A model generated the notes under the pieces. That model was not told the origin of the DNA, did not search any database, and worked only from the letters and a program-made list of their open reading frames with translations. From the IMG/VR virus record IMGVR_UViG_3300040801_001224, positions 124,001-188,000 of that record: DNA of 64,000 nucleotides, one strand, 5' to 3'. The position numbers and the translations under genes were made by a program. Shown in pieces: positions 8,475-18,188 of this stretch (position 1 is its first letter; each line of letters starts with the position of its first letter).

Positions 8475-8604
8475 GTCATATTTATTTATCTTGATAAATA
8501 ATAAGAACAAACGGGTTTTATTTATCATCAGGCTCAAATTTTAACCATTAACGTTATACGAGTGTATGGGTGAATAAGAAGAATTAGAAACAGGAGATTA
8601 TACT

Positions 8605-10962
8605 ATGCCATTAGTTAGCCCAGGTATTAATGTTACTGTAACAGACGAAAGCTTTTACGTATCGGCTGGTCCAGGAACAGTTCCATTAATCATGATTGCT
8701 ACAGAGCAAGACAAATTATCTTCAGCAGGTGATTCAATCGCTGAGGGTACAACAGCGGCAAACGCAGGTAAGTTATACTTAATGACTTCACAGCGTGAGC
8801 TATTAGAGACGTTTGGTGTTCCAAACTTCAACAACGTTGGCGGTTCAAGCCAACACGGTAACGAATTAAACGAGTACGGTTTACTAGCGGCATACTCTTA
8901 CTTGGGTAACGCTAACCGTGCTTATGTCCTACGTGCAGACGTAGATTTAGCACAACTTCAGCCACGTTCAATTGCTCCAGCTGGTGACCCAGTTGATGGC
9001 ACTTACTGGGTTGACACAAACGCTATGGATTTTGGTATCCATATCTGGCAAACAGGCGGTTGGGCAAAAGTAGAGCCAAAGTACATTGTTAGTGATGCGG
9101 CTGACTTACCACCAACTCCAGCATTAGGCAACTTCTTCCAGGGCGATTTCGCAGTAGAGGTTACTAGTAACGCAATTACAATTTACCGCTACAGTGGTTC
9201 TTGGATTGAAGTAACAGCTTCAGCAGGTGCTTGGGATTACCAAGTAAAGAAAGTATATCCAACAACTCAATTTGCGGGCGGTCTATTAGACGACACTAAC
9301 CCAGAAGATGCGTGGATCAACGCTAACCAAGTTGATTTCGGTATCAAGGTATGGGACGCAGACATCGGCGCATTCATTTCAGAAACAGCTCCAGCATTCC
9401 TAGATGACGCTTCAGCAGAAGCATTCTACGGTTCAGCACTTTCAGACGGTGATTTATACATCCGTTACGGTGAAGTAAGTGAAGAGTTTGTGATCTACCG
9501 TTATGACCTAGCACAGGGCATTTGGGAGCCACTAGTATACCAAGCTGGTTCAACTGCTCCAACCACTGCTACAGAAGCAGGTACATTATGGTATAACAAC
9601 GATGTATTAGTTGACCTAATGATACACGACGGCACAGATTGGATTGAGTTTGCTGGCACATTATCACTACAGTCAAGTGAACCAAGCGCACCAGCTACTG
9701 GTGATATTTGGGTTGATACTGACCAGTTAGATGAATACCCAGTAATCTACCAATACGATGGTAGCGCATGGATACAACGTGACAACACGGACCAGACAAC
9801 TCCAAACGGTGTTGTATTTGGTGATGCTCGTACAGCTCCACTAGAAGCACTAGACGCAGATGCTCCAGACGCAAGCTTCTACCCAGAAGGCATGTTACTG
9901 TGGAACACACGTTACAGCTCAATGAACGTTAAGAAATGGGTACCTAACTACGTATTCGAAGGCGTTCTTGTTGGTGATCGTTGGGTTTCAGAATCAGGCA
10001 ATGACTTCGACGGTTCACTACTAGCAGGACGCAAAGCACAGCGTCAGGTAGTTGTTGAAGCACTAGCGGCAAGCATCCAGAGCAACGAAGAAATTCGCGC
10101 AGAAGCAGTTGTATTCAACCTAATGTCAGCTCCAGGCTACATTGAATTAACTGATGAACTAATTGCTCTTAACGCAGACCGTAAAGAGAAAGGTTTCATT
10201 ATTGCTGACGCTCCAATGCGCCTTGCTCCAAGTGGTACAGATCTACAAGCATGGGCTACAAACTCTAACAACTCACCAGTTAACGGTGAAGATGGCCTAA
10301 TTGCTTCAGACGCATACGTTGGTGTTTATTACCCAGCATGTCTAGCAACAAACGTTGACGGTGAGTCAGTTGTTCAACCAGCATCTCACATCATGCTACG
10401 TACTATGGCATACAACGACCAGGTAGCTTACCAATGGTTTGCTCCAGCAGGTCTACAGCGTGGTACAGTACAAAACGCAGAGTCAGTTGGTTACCTAGAC
10501 AGTGAAGGCGAATACGTAAGTGTTCAATTAAACGAAGGACAACGTGATGTTCTTTACACTAACAACATCAACCCAATAGCATTTATCCCAGGTTCTGGTT
10601 TAATTGTTTATGGTCAGAAGACACGTTATGGCGCAGAATCTGCTCTAGATCGCATTAATGTTGCTCGTTTAATCAACTACATACGTTATCAGTCAGAGCA
10701 GTTAGCACGTCCGTTCTTATTCGAACCAAACGATCAGCTAACTCGCGCAAACGTACAGGATGCGTTCGACCGTTTCCTAGCAGAGTTAATTACTCTACGT
10801 GGACTAAACGACTTCCTAGTTGTTTGTGATGAGAGTAACAATACTCCAGCACGTATTGACCGTAACGAACTATGGATTGACATTGCGATTCAGCCAATTA
10901 AGGCGATTGAATTCATTAATATTCCAATCCGTATCCGTAACACGGGCGCAGATTTATCGTAA
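8605..10962 (+). CDS. Contractile tail sheath protein
   Basis: LVSPGINV; WFAPAGLQRG; RDVLYTNNINPI; ALDRINVARL; FLFEPND; CDESNNTP. Confidence 0.96.
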   Translation: MPLVSPGINVTVTDESFYVSAGPGTVPLIMIATEQDKLSSAGDSIAEGTTAANAGKLYLMTSQRELLETFGVPNFNNVGGSSQHGNELNEYGLLAAYSYLGNANRAYVLRADVDLAQLQPRSIAPAGDPVDGTYWVDTNAMDFGIHIWQTGGWAKVEPKYIVSDAADLPPTPALGNFFQGDFAVEVTSNAITIYRYSGSWIEVTASAGAWDYQVKKVYPTTQFAGGLLDDTNPEDAWINANQVDFGIKVWDADIGAFISETAPAFLDDASAEAFYGSALSDGDLYIRYGEVSEEFVIYRYDLAQGIWEPLVYQAGSTAPTTATEAGTLWYNNDVLVDLMIHDGTDWIEFAGTLSLQSSEPSAPATGDIWVDTDQLDEYPVIYQYDGSAWIQRDNTDQTTPNGVVFGDARTAPLEALDADAPDASFYPEGMLLWNTRYSSMNVKKWVPNYVFEGVLVGDRWVSESGNDFDGSLLAGRKAQRQVVVEALAASIQSNEEIRAEAVVFNLMSAPGYIELTDELIALNADRKEKGFIIADAPMRLAPSGTDLQAWATNSNNSPVNGEDGLIASDAYVGVYYPACLATNVDGESVVQPASHIMLRTMAYNDQVAYQWFAPAGLQRGTVQNAESVGYLDSEGEYVSVQLNEGQRDVLYTNNINPIAFIPGSGLIVYGQKTRYGAESALDRINVARLINYIRYQSEQLARPFLFEPNDQLTRANVQDAFDRFLAELITLRGLNDFLVVCDESNNTPARIDRNELWIDIAIQPIKAIEFINIPIRIRNTGADLS

Positions 10963-10991
10963 TAATAATAAGGAAAGCGATAAAAACTTTG

Positions 10992-11016
10992 GGGCTACTT
11001 CGGTAGCCCTTTTTTT
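10992..11016 (+). terminator. Rho-independent terminator
   Basis: GGGCTAC-TTCG-GTAGCCC followed by a T run. Confidence 0.9.
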
Positions 11017-11290
11017 ATCTTAATTTTTTGCGTTTGAATTTAATGATTGGAAGCTCTAAATTGAGCCTTCTAAGATGGGAATATGCGGCACAGTTTTCTT
11101 TAATGTTGTCATTTAAGATAGTAGAATATATTTTATCGTCTATTCTGTATATTTCAATTAGTTCATATATTGACTGTGCTTCCTGGTCAACAGAATCCAT
11201 TATGCCAGTGAGCAAATGAGTGGCATTCGTTTCTAATAAATCCTTTGATTCCCTTGATAGGTCGCCTAATCTTCTGAATATAACATACAT
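11015..11290 (-). CDS. Hypothetical protein (leaderless, late)
   Basis: ATG 5 nt after GATAAATA on - strand (11296-11303). Confidence 0.6.
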   Translation of the reverse strand: MYVIFRRLGDLSRESKDLLETNATHLLTGIMDSVDQEAQSIYELIEIYRIDDKIYSTILNDNIKENCAAYSHLRRLNLELPIIKFKRKKLR

Positions 11291-11322
11291 GTCTATATTT
11301 ATCTTAACTGATAAATAGTGTT

Positions 11323-11823
11323 ATGAAGATAAGCGAGATACATACAACTAGTCCACAAGGGAGAGACTTTAATAAATGGGATAAGAACGAGTATTCAGAC
11401 AGGACTCCTTTTAACCCAGAGGATAAGAAAGACTTCCAGTATGTTGGCAAGAAAGGTCAACTGAGTGTATGGCACGACAGAGAGAACCCAGGTATATTCA
11501 CAGCATTCTCTGGTAAGAAATGGGCGATGGCTGTGACTACTAAAAAGACTAAATTTGGTAGACAGATTGCCACAACAACTAGCAGTCCAGAGTTTCGTGG
11601 ATTCAAGATGGCGCAATTTCTGTATAAACTTATCGCAAAAAAGACGGGAAGTCTAGCAAGCGACTCAATACTATCACCAGTAGCCAACAGTATGTGGCAG
11701 AGTTTTGAAGGTGACTCACAGGTAGAGTTAGAAGTAGTTGACAGAAACACAGGCAAATCTCGTCCATACGAAGGAGATTTAGATGATACTGTGTCCTTTG
11801 TTTATCGCATCATTCCAAACTAA
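11323..11823 (+). CDS. GNAT-fold acetyltransferase-like protein with MKISEI tag
   Basis: SPEFRGFKMAQFLY...LASDSILSPVANSMWQSF resembles the GNAT acetyl-CoA loop and downstream helix. Confidence 0.6.
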   Translation: MKISEIHTTSPQGRDFNKWDKNEYSDRTPFNPEDKKDFQYVGKKGQLSVWHDRENPGIFTAFSGKKWAMAVTTKKTKFGRQIATTTSSPEFRGFKMAQFLYKLIAKKTGSLASDSILSPVANSMWQSFEGDSQVELEVVDRNTGKSRPYEGDLDDTVSFVYRIIPN

Positions 11824-11891
11824 GCATTGAAAATTTTTCTGACATAAATGATAAATACATATAACAATGTATATTCAGATAGGAGTATAAA

Positions 11892-12500
11892 ATGGCAGAA
11901 ACATTAAGTAAATTCGGCGTACCATTAGACGGTAGTCGTTTAGGTATATTACACCCAAAGCAATCGTACCGTTTCCGTGTTCTTTTCAAGAACTTCGGTG
12001 TTCAGGGTGCTGACTTAAAAGAACTAACAGCGGGTGTTAAGACTGTTACTCGTCCACAAATTTCAAGCACTAATGATGTTATGTTACATTCTTACAACTC
12101 AATTGGTAAGATTGCTGGCAAGCATGAGTGGGGTGACATGACATTAACTGTTCGTGACGACTTAACTTCAGCAGTAGCAAAGCACGTTGGCGCACAGATG
12201 CAGAAGCAATTCAACTTTTTCGAGCAGACTTCAGCAGTAGCAGGTATTAACTACAAGTTCAGCATGGAAGTCCAGATGTTAGATGGTACAGATAACGAAG
12301 CTCTAGAAGCGTGGGTATGTGAAGGTTGCTACCTAAAAGGCGTTGAGTACGGTGAACACGATTACGAAAGCTCAGAGTCAATGATGATTTCAATGACTAT
12401 TTCAATCGACAACGCTACCCATATCGCTGGTCCAGCCGGAACAGTAGATCCAATGGTACCTGAAGGCGTTGCAGGAATCGACGGACGTACTTTCGGTTAA
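11892..12500 (+). CDS. Tail tube protein (gp19-like)
   Basis: Follows the sheath; YRFRV, KIAGKHEWGDMTLTVRDD, W.CEGCY; late promoter at 11850. Confidence 0.9.
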   Translation: MAETLSKFGVPLDGSRLGILHPKQSYRFRVLFKNFGVQGADLKELTAGVKTVTRPQISSTNDVMLHSYNSIGKIAGKHEWGDMTLTVRDDLTSAVAKHVGAQMQKQFNFFEQTSAVAGINYKFSMEVQMLDGTDNEALEAWVCEGCYLKGVEYGEHDYESSESMMISMTISIDNATHIAGPAGTVDPMVPEGVAGIDGRTFG

Positions 12501-12518
12501 TAACGGAGCCATAGCATA

Positions 12519-13832
12519 ATGGCCGTTACCAGAATAACTAACGATGAAAACATTTTTGTGCGTGGCCCAGCCCACGCACAGAATGTCTTTGGCCTCAACA
12601 ATCAGTTCTTATTAAAAGCTCCTAAACTACAGTTTGAAAATTTCATACGCTTTAATTTTACTGAAAACGCAATTGTACAAAACCACGTTAAAAATTATTT
12701 CCCAGACACCAAGGATATGTTGTCTAGAGTAGGCGCCTATGTTAAAACTGCTACATATCCGGGTATGGAAATTGATTCAGAAGTATTTAACCAATATAAC
12801 AAAAAACGTGTAGTGCAAAAAAGCATCAAGTTTGATCCTATCACTGTTACGATGCACGACATTGCTGATGGTTTGACATTAAGATTCTGGGAATTGTACT
12901 ACACGTGGTTCTTTAAAGATGGAAACAAAGACGTGTTTGTGGGAAACACTGGCCAAGCCCGCTTGGCTGAAAACAAGAATATTACGCCTAGTGATTTTAT
13001 AAGTTCAGAACCCGCCGCCCCAGAAAATGGATACGGAATTATCAGTCAGAACATGGAATCACATAATGAATATGGTTTTAACGTACATTATGCCCAGCAA
13101 CAATTACTTGAAAGTATTGAAATATTTTATTCTCGTGGCAAAGTATACAGTAAGGTTATTTTAGTTAACCCAAAAATCACAGCGTTTAAGCATGACACAT
13201 TAAACTATGAAGGCGTATCTAACGCCATGGAATTAACATTCACCATTGAGTATGAAAATGTCATATATGGCAACAATAACTTTGAATTGACAGTCGGGAA
13301 CAATCCACGTAATGAAAACGACATAAGACTGAGACCAAAACCAACTATGCCCACACAGTCACCTGGTATAATTGATCCGATAGTTGATAGACGTAATCTT
13401 TCCTTAGATACGAGCGGAGCAATTCCGACTAATGATGTTGATTCAAACTCGTTACAAGGCGGCATTACTGATCTAGCTTCAAGTATATTTGGTAATGAAT
13501 TTGGCGGAGCCATTGCAGGCACAATAAACAATCAAATTACCAATGTAGAAAGCCAGCTAGGCAACATTGTTGGTAATATAGGAAACGATGTAGCTAATTC
13601 AGTTATACGTGGGATACAAACAGGCGACTTCAGCTTACAACCCAACCCAATTGAATCAGCAAGAAGTGTAGTTAGGAATGCTGGTAGAAACATACTTGCT
13701 GGCGCAGAACAACAGGCAACTGACTTTGTCATTGGTGCTGTATCAGATGGCGTCAACGCAGGCGTTAATGCTATTATTGACAGTTTTAACAACTCAGGAC
13801 AATCAGGTTCAAGTGATCCAGGAGATCCATAA
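12519..13832 (+). CDS. Tube-fold baseplate/tail-tube initiator protein (gp48/gp54-like)
   Basis: NQYNKKRVVQKSIKFDPITVTMHD...LTFTIEYE tube-like pattern. Confidence 0.65.
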   Translation: MAVTRITNDENIFVRGPAHAQNVFGLNNQFLLKAPKLQFENFIRFNFTENAIVQNHVKNYFPDTKDMLSRVGAYVKTATYPGMEIDSEVFNQYNKKRVVQKSIKFDPITVTMHDIADGLTLRFWELYYTWFFKDGNKDVFVGNTGQARLAENKNITPSDFISSEPAAPENGYGIISQNMESHNEYGFNVHYAQQQLLESIEIFYSRGKVYSKVILVNPKITAFKHDTLNYEGVSNAMELTFTIEYENVIYGNNNFELTVGNNPRNENDIRLRPKPTMPTQSPGIIDPIVDRRNLSLDTSGAIPTNDVDSNSLQGGITDLASSIFGNEFGGAIAGTINNQITNVESQLGNIVGNIGNDVANSVIRGIQTGDFSLQPNPIESARSVVRNAGRNILAGAEQQATDFVIGAVSDGVNAGVNAIIDSFNNSGQSGSSDPGDP

Positions 13833-14266
13833 TGGCACAACGTAACAGTAGTCTAGCTAAATCATATCGTGGTCAAGACATTAAGACTACCCTTAACAAC
13901 GGTGGCTACACTACATCTTACGCACCAGAAAAAGGAACACCCGCAGAAGTTTCAAAGCTTATAGGCGAAGCAACGATACCGGCGAGTGTGAAACCAATCG
14001 AATTCAACGTAATCAAAGCATATTACGAACGCAAGGGAGCATCCGCAAAAAACGCAACGACCCTATCACTATTAACTATTGATGCGGCAAGAATAAATGA
14101 CGTGTCACCAATGTCATTACTGAGGCCATTCGACAATACTGAAGTAGCATTGGATGAATTTATATTATACACACTAAACAAGCTAGGTAACACGACATCA
14201 CTACTAGCAACAGCACAAGTAAAGGACAACAGTCAGAGTTACAAAGCTGATTATATTAAGGCCTAG
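13832..14266 (+). CDS. Probable virion structural protein
   Basis: Translationally coupled in the tail operon. Confidence 0.6.
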   Translation: MAQRNSSLAKSYRGQDIKTTLNNGGYTTSYAPEKGTPAEVSKLIGEATIPASVKPIEFNVIKAYYERKGASAKNATTLSLLTIDAARINDVSPMSLLRPFDNTEVALDEFILYTLNKLGNTTSLLATAQVKDNSQSYKADYIKA

Positions 14267-14268
14267 CT

Positions 14269-14715
14269 ATGCGTAGAACACACAAAGGTTACTTCACACC
14301 TAAAAACCCACATAAGCTCCTAAGTAATAAGCGAATTATTTTCCGTAGTTCCTGGGAAAAGAAATTTTGTGAATTCTGCGATACACACCCTAATATCATA
14401 CAGTGGGCAAGTGAGCATGAAGATATAAAAATACCTTATTTTAATCCCTTACAGAATAAATATACAGTGTATGTTCCAGATTTCTTTGTGGTATATCAGA
14501 CAAAGAATGGAAAAAAGAAAATAGAACTAATTGAAATTAAGCCTGCGGCAGAAACGTATATTAGTGAAGCAAAAACAAATAGACACAAAGCCGCTTTAGC
14601 AGTCAATGTGGCCAAATGGAAAGCCGCACAAGAATGGTGCGAAAGAAAAGGAATCACATTTCGTGTTGTCACAGAACATGAAATATTCCGTAACCCAAAA
14701 AAGAAGAAACGATAA
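14269..14715 (+). CDS. Head completion nuclease (T4 gp4-like, TnsA-like PD-(D/E)XK)
   Basis: FRSSWE..FC..CD.HP.I.QWASE; YVPDF; LIEIKP; KWKAA. Confidence 0.92.
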   Translation: MRRTHKGYFTPKNPHKLLSNKRIIFRSSWEKKFCEFCDTHPNIIQWASEHEDIKIPYFNPLQNKYTVYVPDFFVVYQTKNGKKKIELIEIKPAAETYISEAKTNRHKAALAVNVAKWKAAQEWCERKGITFRVVTEHEIFRNPKKKKR

Positions 14716-14912
14716 TGGAAAGATCACATCTAGAAGAAGTCAACGAAGGATACTTCAAACATATGTTTAATTCATTGAAGTATTTTGTAAAATTCTTACA
14801 AGCGGCACTGGCATGTTTAATTCATGCTTTCCTCCCGAACACGTTTAAGAGTACAGCCAGCGTAATAGCCAGTGATGTAGTATATGACGTGGAAAAAAGA
14901 AAGCAAAAATAG
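14715..14912 (+). CDS. Small hypothetical protein
   Basis: HLEEVNEGYFKH...ACLIHAFLP pattern. Confidence 0.65.
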   Translation: MERSHLEEVNEGYFKHMFNSLKYFVKFLQAALACLIHAFLPNTFKSTASVIASDVVYDVEKRKQK

Positions 14913-14986
14913 TCATTATTTGAGCACCTTCTGATATCTGAAAAGGTAAATAAGCGGTCACATGGGGTGGCACTATTTTCTAGAGG

Positions 14987-15247
14987 ATGAAGGTAATGAA
15001 AAAGTCAAACAAGAAGTATACTTTCCAGATGCCATGGGGTTCTGCTGGTTCAAACGATTTCGATATTGCTGGTACTAAGTGTTTAGTGAACCACGATTAC
15101 GAGATTGTTAAAGTCAAGTCCATCAAAGGCGTGGTTAAAGGGCAACCAGACAAGAAAGTACGTATTGTTGTGCGTAAATGTAAAAAGTGTGGTCATGAGC
15201 AATCAATGATGATGCGCGGCAATTTACGTAAAGCAAACCGCAAGTAA
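14987..15247 (+). CDS. Small basic Zn-ribbon-like protein
   Basis: C..NH...CKKCG; GGTAAATA at 14945. Confidence 0.6.
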   Translation: MKVMKKSNKKYTFQMPWGSAGSNDFDIAGTKCLVNHDYEIVKVKSIKGVVKGQPDKKVRIVVRKCKKCGHEQSMMMRGNLRKANRK

Positions 15248-15269
15248 GTATATACTAACACAAATTCCT

Positions 15270-15297
15270 AAAGGCCAACCAAAACGGTTGGTCTTTC
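15270..15297 (+). terminator. Terminator hairpin
   Basis: AAGGCCAACC-AAAAC-GGTTGGTCTTT. Confidence 0.7.
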
Positions 15298-15322
15298 TGT
15301 CATCTGATGATAAATAAAAAAT

Positions 15323-15703
15323 ATGGCATACTCAGATAAAGTTATTGATCATTATGAAAATCCACGTAACGTCGGCTTTATTGAAGAAGACGGCGATGGC
15401 ATTGTTGGTACTGGCATGGTCGGTGCCCCGGCCTGTGGTGACGTAATGAAATTGCAGATCAAAGTAGACAACGATGGTATCGTCAAAGACGCAAAGTTCA
15501 AAACCTATGGCTGTGGCTCAGCAATCGCATCCAGTTCATTAGTCACAGAATGGGTAAAAGGAAAACCGGTAGACGAAGTAGCTGAAATTAAAAATACCCA
15601 AATAGCTGAAGAGTTATGTCTCCCACCAGTCAAAATACACTGCTCAGTACTCGCAGAAGACGCAATTAAATCAGCAATTAGCGATTATAAGTCAAAACTA
15701 TAA
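15323..15703 (+). CDS. iscU: Fe-S scaffold IscU
   Basis: YSDKVIDHYENPRNVG, GAPACGDVM, YGCGSAIASSS, LPPVKIHCS. Confidence 0.97.
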   Translation: MAYSDKVIDHYENPRNVGFIEEDGDGIVGTGMVGAPACGDVMKLQIKVDNDGIVKDAKFKTYGCGSAIASSSLVTEWVKGKPVDEVAEIKNTQIAEELCLPPVKIHCSVLAEDAIKSAISDYKSKL

Positions 15704-15705
15704 AT

Positions 15706-15734
15706 TTGACATAACCACTATTTTCCTGTATAAT
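15706..15734 (+). promoter_or_regulatory. sigma70 promoter (leaderless start at 15741)
   Basis: TTGACA-17-TATAAT. Confidence 0.85.
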
Positions 15735-15740
15735 ACGTTT

Positions 15741-15980
15741 ATGAAAGATAGACTTAACCAAGAAGTAATTGTGGGTGACTACGTGTGTACGATAACAAAA
15801 GGTTATCGTGATCTTGTGTTCTGTAAGGTAATTGCTCTAACACCAAAGAAGATCAAGGTTGAATACAATCACCCAAACATTAAAAATCACATGATAGAAA
15901 CTACAGTGTTTCCAGAGCAAGCTGTAAAAATTGATGAGGAACTGGCAATGGCATACTTGTTGGGAGCAGGAGCTGAGTGA
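15741..15980 (+). CDS. Small SH3/KOW-like hypothetical protein
   Basis: MKDRLNQEVIVGDYV..KVIALTPKKIKV. Confidence 0.7.
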   Translation: MKDRLNQEVIVGDYVCTITKGYRDLVFCKVIALTPKKIKVEYNHPNIKNHMIETTVFPEQAVKIDEELAMAYLLGAGAE

Positions 15981-16300
15981 TGACTAAGGCAGTCTACAAC
16001 ATATTGGAAAACAACAAAGACTACATATTGCTTCAAGACGTAGGCGAAAAGCACGATCGTAGTCTTACCAACGATATGGAAAAAGTTATTGTTGATTTGT
16101 TTTTGTCTGGAAAACTAAAAGAAGGAAAGGAACTATACTACATTGATTCACTGTACAGCTATACCCAAGTGATATATGAAACATACAACCGAGGCTGGAT
16201 AGAAAAAGGCGATGTACATATTAGATCATGGGAATATGCTGGTGAGAATTATGCGGAATTCCAGGAATATAGACTAATGAAGGTATTGGCACATGGATAG
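15977..16300 (+). CDS. Hypothetical protein
   Basis: Coupled ORF; SLTNDMEKVI motif. Confidence 0.7.
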   Translation: MMTKAVYNILENNKDYILLQDVGEKHDRSLTNDMEKVIVDLFLSGKLKEGKELYYIDSLYSYTQVIYETYNRGWIEKGDVHIRSWEYAGENYAEFQEYRLMKVLAHG

Positions 16301-16601
16301 ATTGCTAATAATATTCTTTGACGACTATGGTGTTGAGCAGTTACACGACATTACAGGTTATGAGCAAGACGAACAGGAAAAAATGTTTGCTGTTCTAGCA
16401 GGACAGGAATATGAAGGTAGAGAAATAGATTTTAATTATATGCGCCTGCGAGCTCGATATAATACTCCACGTAACTATCACCTCATTGGAATAAAACTAT
16501 CAGAAGATGTGACAGATGAAATTATATACGATTCCCTGTCATCAGGCGAAAACAACACATTACGCAAACTCATCATTAAACATGGTATAGACCTATCGTA
16601 G
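16293..16601 (+). CDS. Hypothetical protein
   Basis: Coupled ORF; MRLRARYNTPRNY motif. Confidence 0.7.
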   Translation: MDRLLIIFFDDYGVEQLHDITGYEQDEQEKMFAVLAGQEYEGREIDFNYMRLRARYNTPRNYHLIGIKLSEDVTDEIIYDSLSSGENNTLRKLIIKHGIDLS

Positions 16602-16683
16602 GTAAATACACATAACTAATCCAAGGAGGTATTCATAATGACGACCCTATAACGCTGAAGAAGCATACTTAAGGAGAATCATT

Positions 16684-17049
16684 ATGAATAGAACATACTT
16701 AGAGCGTCAGCATCTGACTGAACGCTACCAAGCACGACAAGCAAATACCCATAAGATATTCTATGGGCCATATCAAGACCCAGATCGCAGGCCAGAATTT
16801 CAGTTCCTGTGCGCTATTAGTGACGGCAGTCAATTCCCATATCGACTAAACTACAATCCCACTAAAAGAGAACTAGGACACTGGCGTAAGCACACACCTT
16901 TCGGCTGCTCATGCCATATGTGTAGATCTGTAAGAGCGTGGGAGAAAGCATCTGATACTAACTGGGATAATCCCCGTCGAAGAAAAATCCGCAAAGAAGA
17001 GCTGGCTTATCAGGAAGGCCTAGAAGAGTATTATTCTGATGATAAATAG
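16684..17049 (+). CDS. Arg-rich CSCxxC protein
   Basis: AAGGAG RBS; TPFGCSCHMCR; PRRRKIRK. Confidence 0.7.
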   Translation: MNRTYLERQHLTERYQARQANTHKIFYGPYQDPDRRPEFQFLCAISDGSQFPYRLNYNPTKRELGHWRKHTPFGCSCHMCRSVRAWEKASDTNWDNPRRRKIRKEELAYQEGLEEYYSDDK

Positions 17050-17053
17050 TAGT

Positions 17054-17548
17054 ATGACAAAAAAATTAGAAGAGTTCTTCGATTTAGATTCCGCAGATGA
17101 AGAAACTGTAGAAGAAGAATCATTAGAAGATATAATAGAACACGCTAAGGAAGAGCGTACTGAGTTAATGACAGCACTCACCAACTCAGAAAAAATCAAT
17201 CAGGCACTACCTGCTATAGGTAGTATTGACGAGCATGATACTGAAATGGATGATATTGCTAAAATGGCAATCGATACCTTCCATGAGCTTCATGATATTG
17301 GTATGAACGTGAGTGATGCCCATACTGGCAAGGTATTTGAGGTGGCGGCAACACTGCTAAAGACCGCACTGGACGCCAGAGATGCTAAGGTTAACAGAAA
17401 GTTAAAGCAGATTGAGTTAATGATTAAAAAGCAGAAGCTGGATGCCGATACAGGTGAAATAGATTCACCGCAAGGTGAAGAATTTGACAGAAATGAACTA
17501 CTAAAAGCGTTTCTTGATAACAAAAATAATCAGGAAAGTGATAAATAG
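17054..17548 (+). CDS. Probable terminase small subunit (gp16-like)
   Basis: Helical; KVFEVAATLLKTALDA...FDRNELLK; leaderless start MTKKLEE after GATAAATA at 17041; upstream of terL. Confidence 0.6.
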   Translation: MTKKLEEFFDLDSADEETVEEESLEDIIEHAKEERTELMTALTNSEKINQALPAIGSIDEHDTEMDDIAKMAIDTFHELHDIGMNVSDAHTGKVFEVAATLLKTALDARDAKVNRKLKQIELMIKKQKLDADTGEIDSPQGEEFDRNELLKAFLDNKNNQESDK

Positions 17549-17578
17549 TTGTAACTATATTCAAAAGGGTTTTACAAA

Positions 17579-18184
17579 ATGTCAACATTTTTAGAAATAC
17601 TACAAGAAAATCAAAAGGAATATGCTTTCACAGTTAAGATCGCATGTCCAGACGTAACAGACGAGATGCTAGATTGTATGGAAGATTGTTTATCACGATA
17701 CGACCTTGTGTCAGCATCAAAGTTTAAGAAATCTCCACTACAAAAGAATCCATTAGACTTCCCGAGAGTTGAAAATTCAGAAGTACACACTTCAGATATC
17801 GTAACTCAGTATCCATTTACATCGGATATGCTGGAAGTTCAGCTATGTAAGGCATTGGATATTCCACGTACACACCTAGTTGTTTACTCAGAAAATGATC
17901 CACGTGCGGCATACAATGAAGAGAATGCTCCGCAAGGAGAGTACACAGCGAGAATTGGTACAGTAGTAGACGCAAGCGAAGAAGAAGATGCTTCAGAACT
18001 AGGCGGACAAGCGCAAGTTGACAGCGCAATTGAAGATGCCCTGGAGAAGCGTAAAGATCGTCGTATAGATCGTGTCATTAATGACTTATCGCACGAAGAA
18101 GCGTTTGACGATGCAGAATTTGAGTTTGCTGACCGTGATGGCGAAAACACACGCTCAGTATTCTTTGGTAGAGTAAAGGATTAA
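17579..18184 (+). CDS. Probable head-internal/structural protein
   Basis: MSTFLEILQE N-terminus, similar to T4 capsid-targeting sequences; late promoter at 17540. Confidence 0.65.
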   Translation: MSTFLEILQENQKEYAFTVKIACPDVTDEMLDCMEDCLSRYDLVSASKFKKSPLQKNPLDFPRVENSEVHTSDIVTQYPFTSDMLEVQLCKALDIPRTHLVVYSENDPRAAYNEENAPQGEYTARIGTVVDASEEEDASELGGQAQVDSAIEDALEKRKDRRIDRVINDLSHEEAFDDAEFEFADRDGENTRSVFFGRVKD

Positions 18185-18188
18185 TAAC

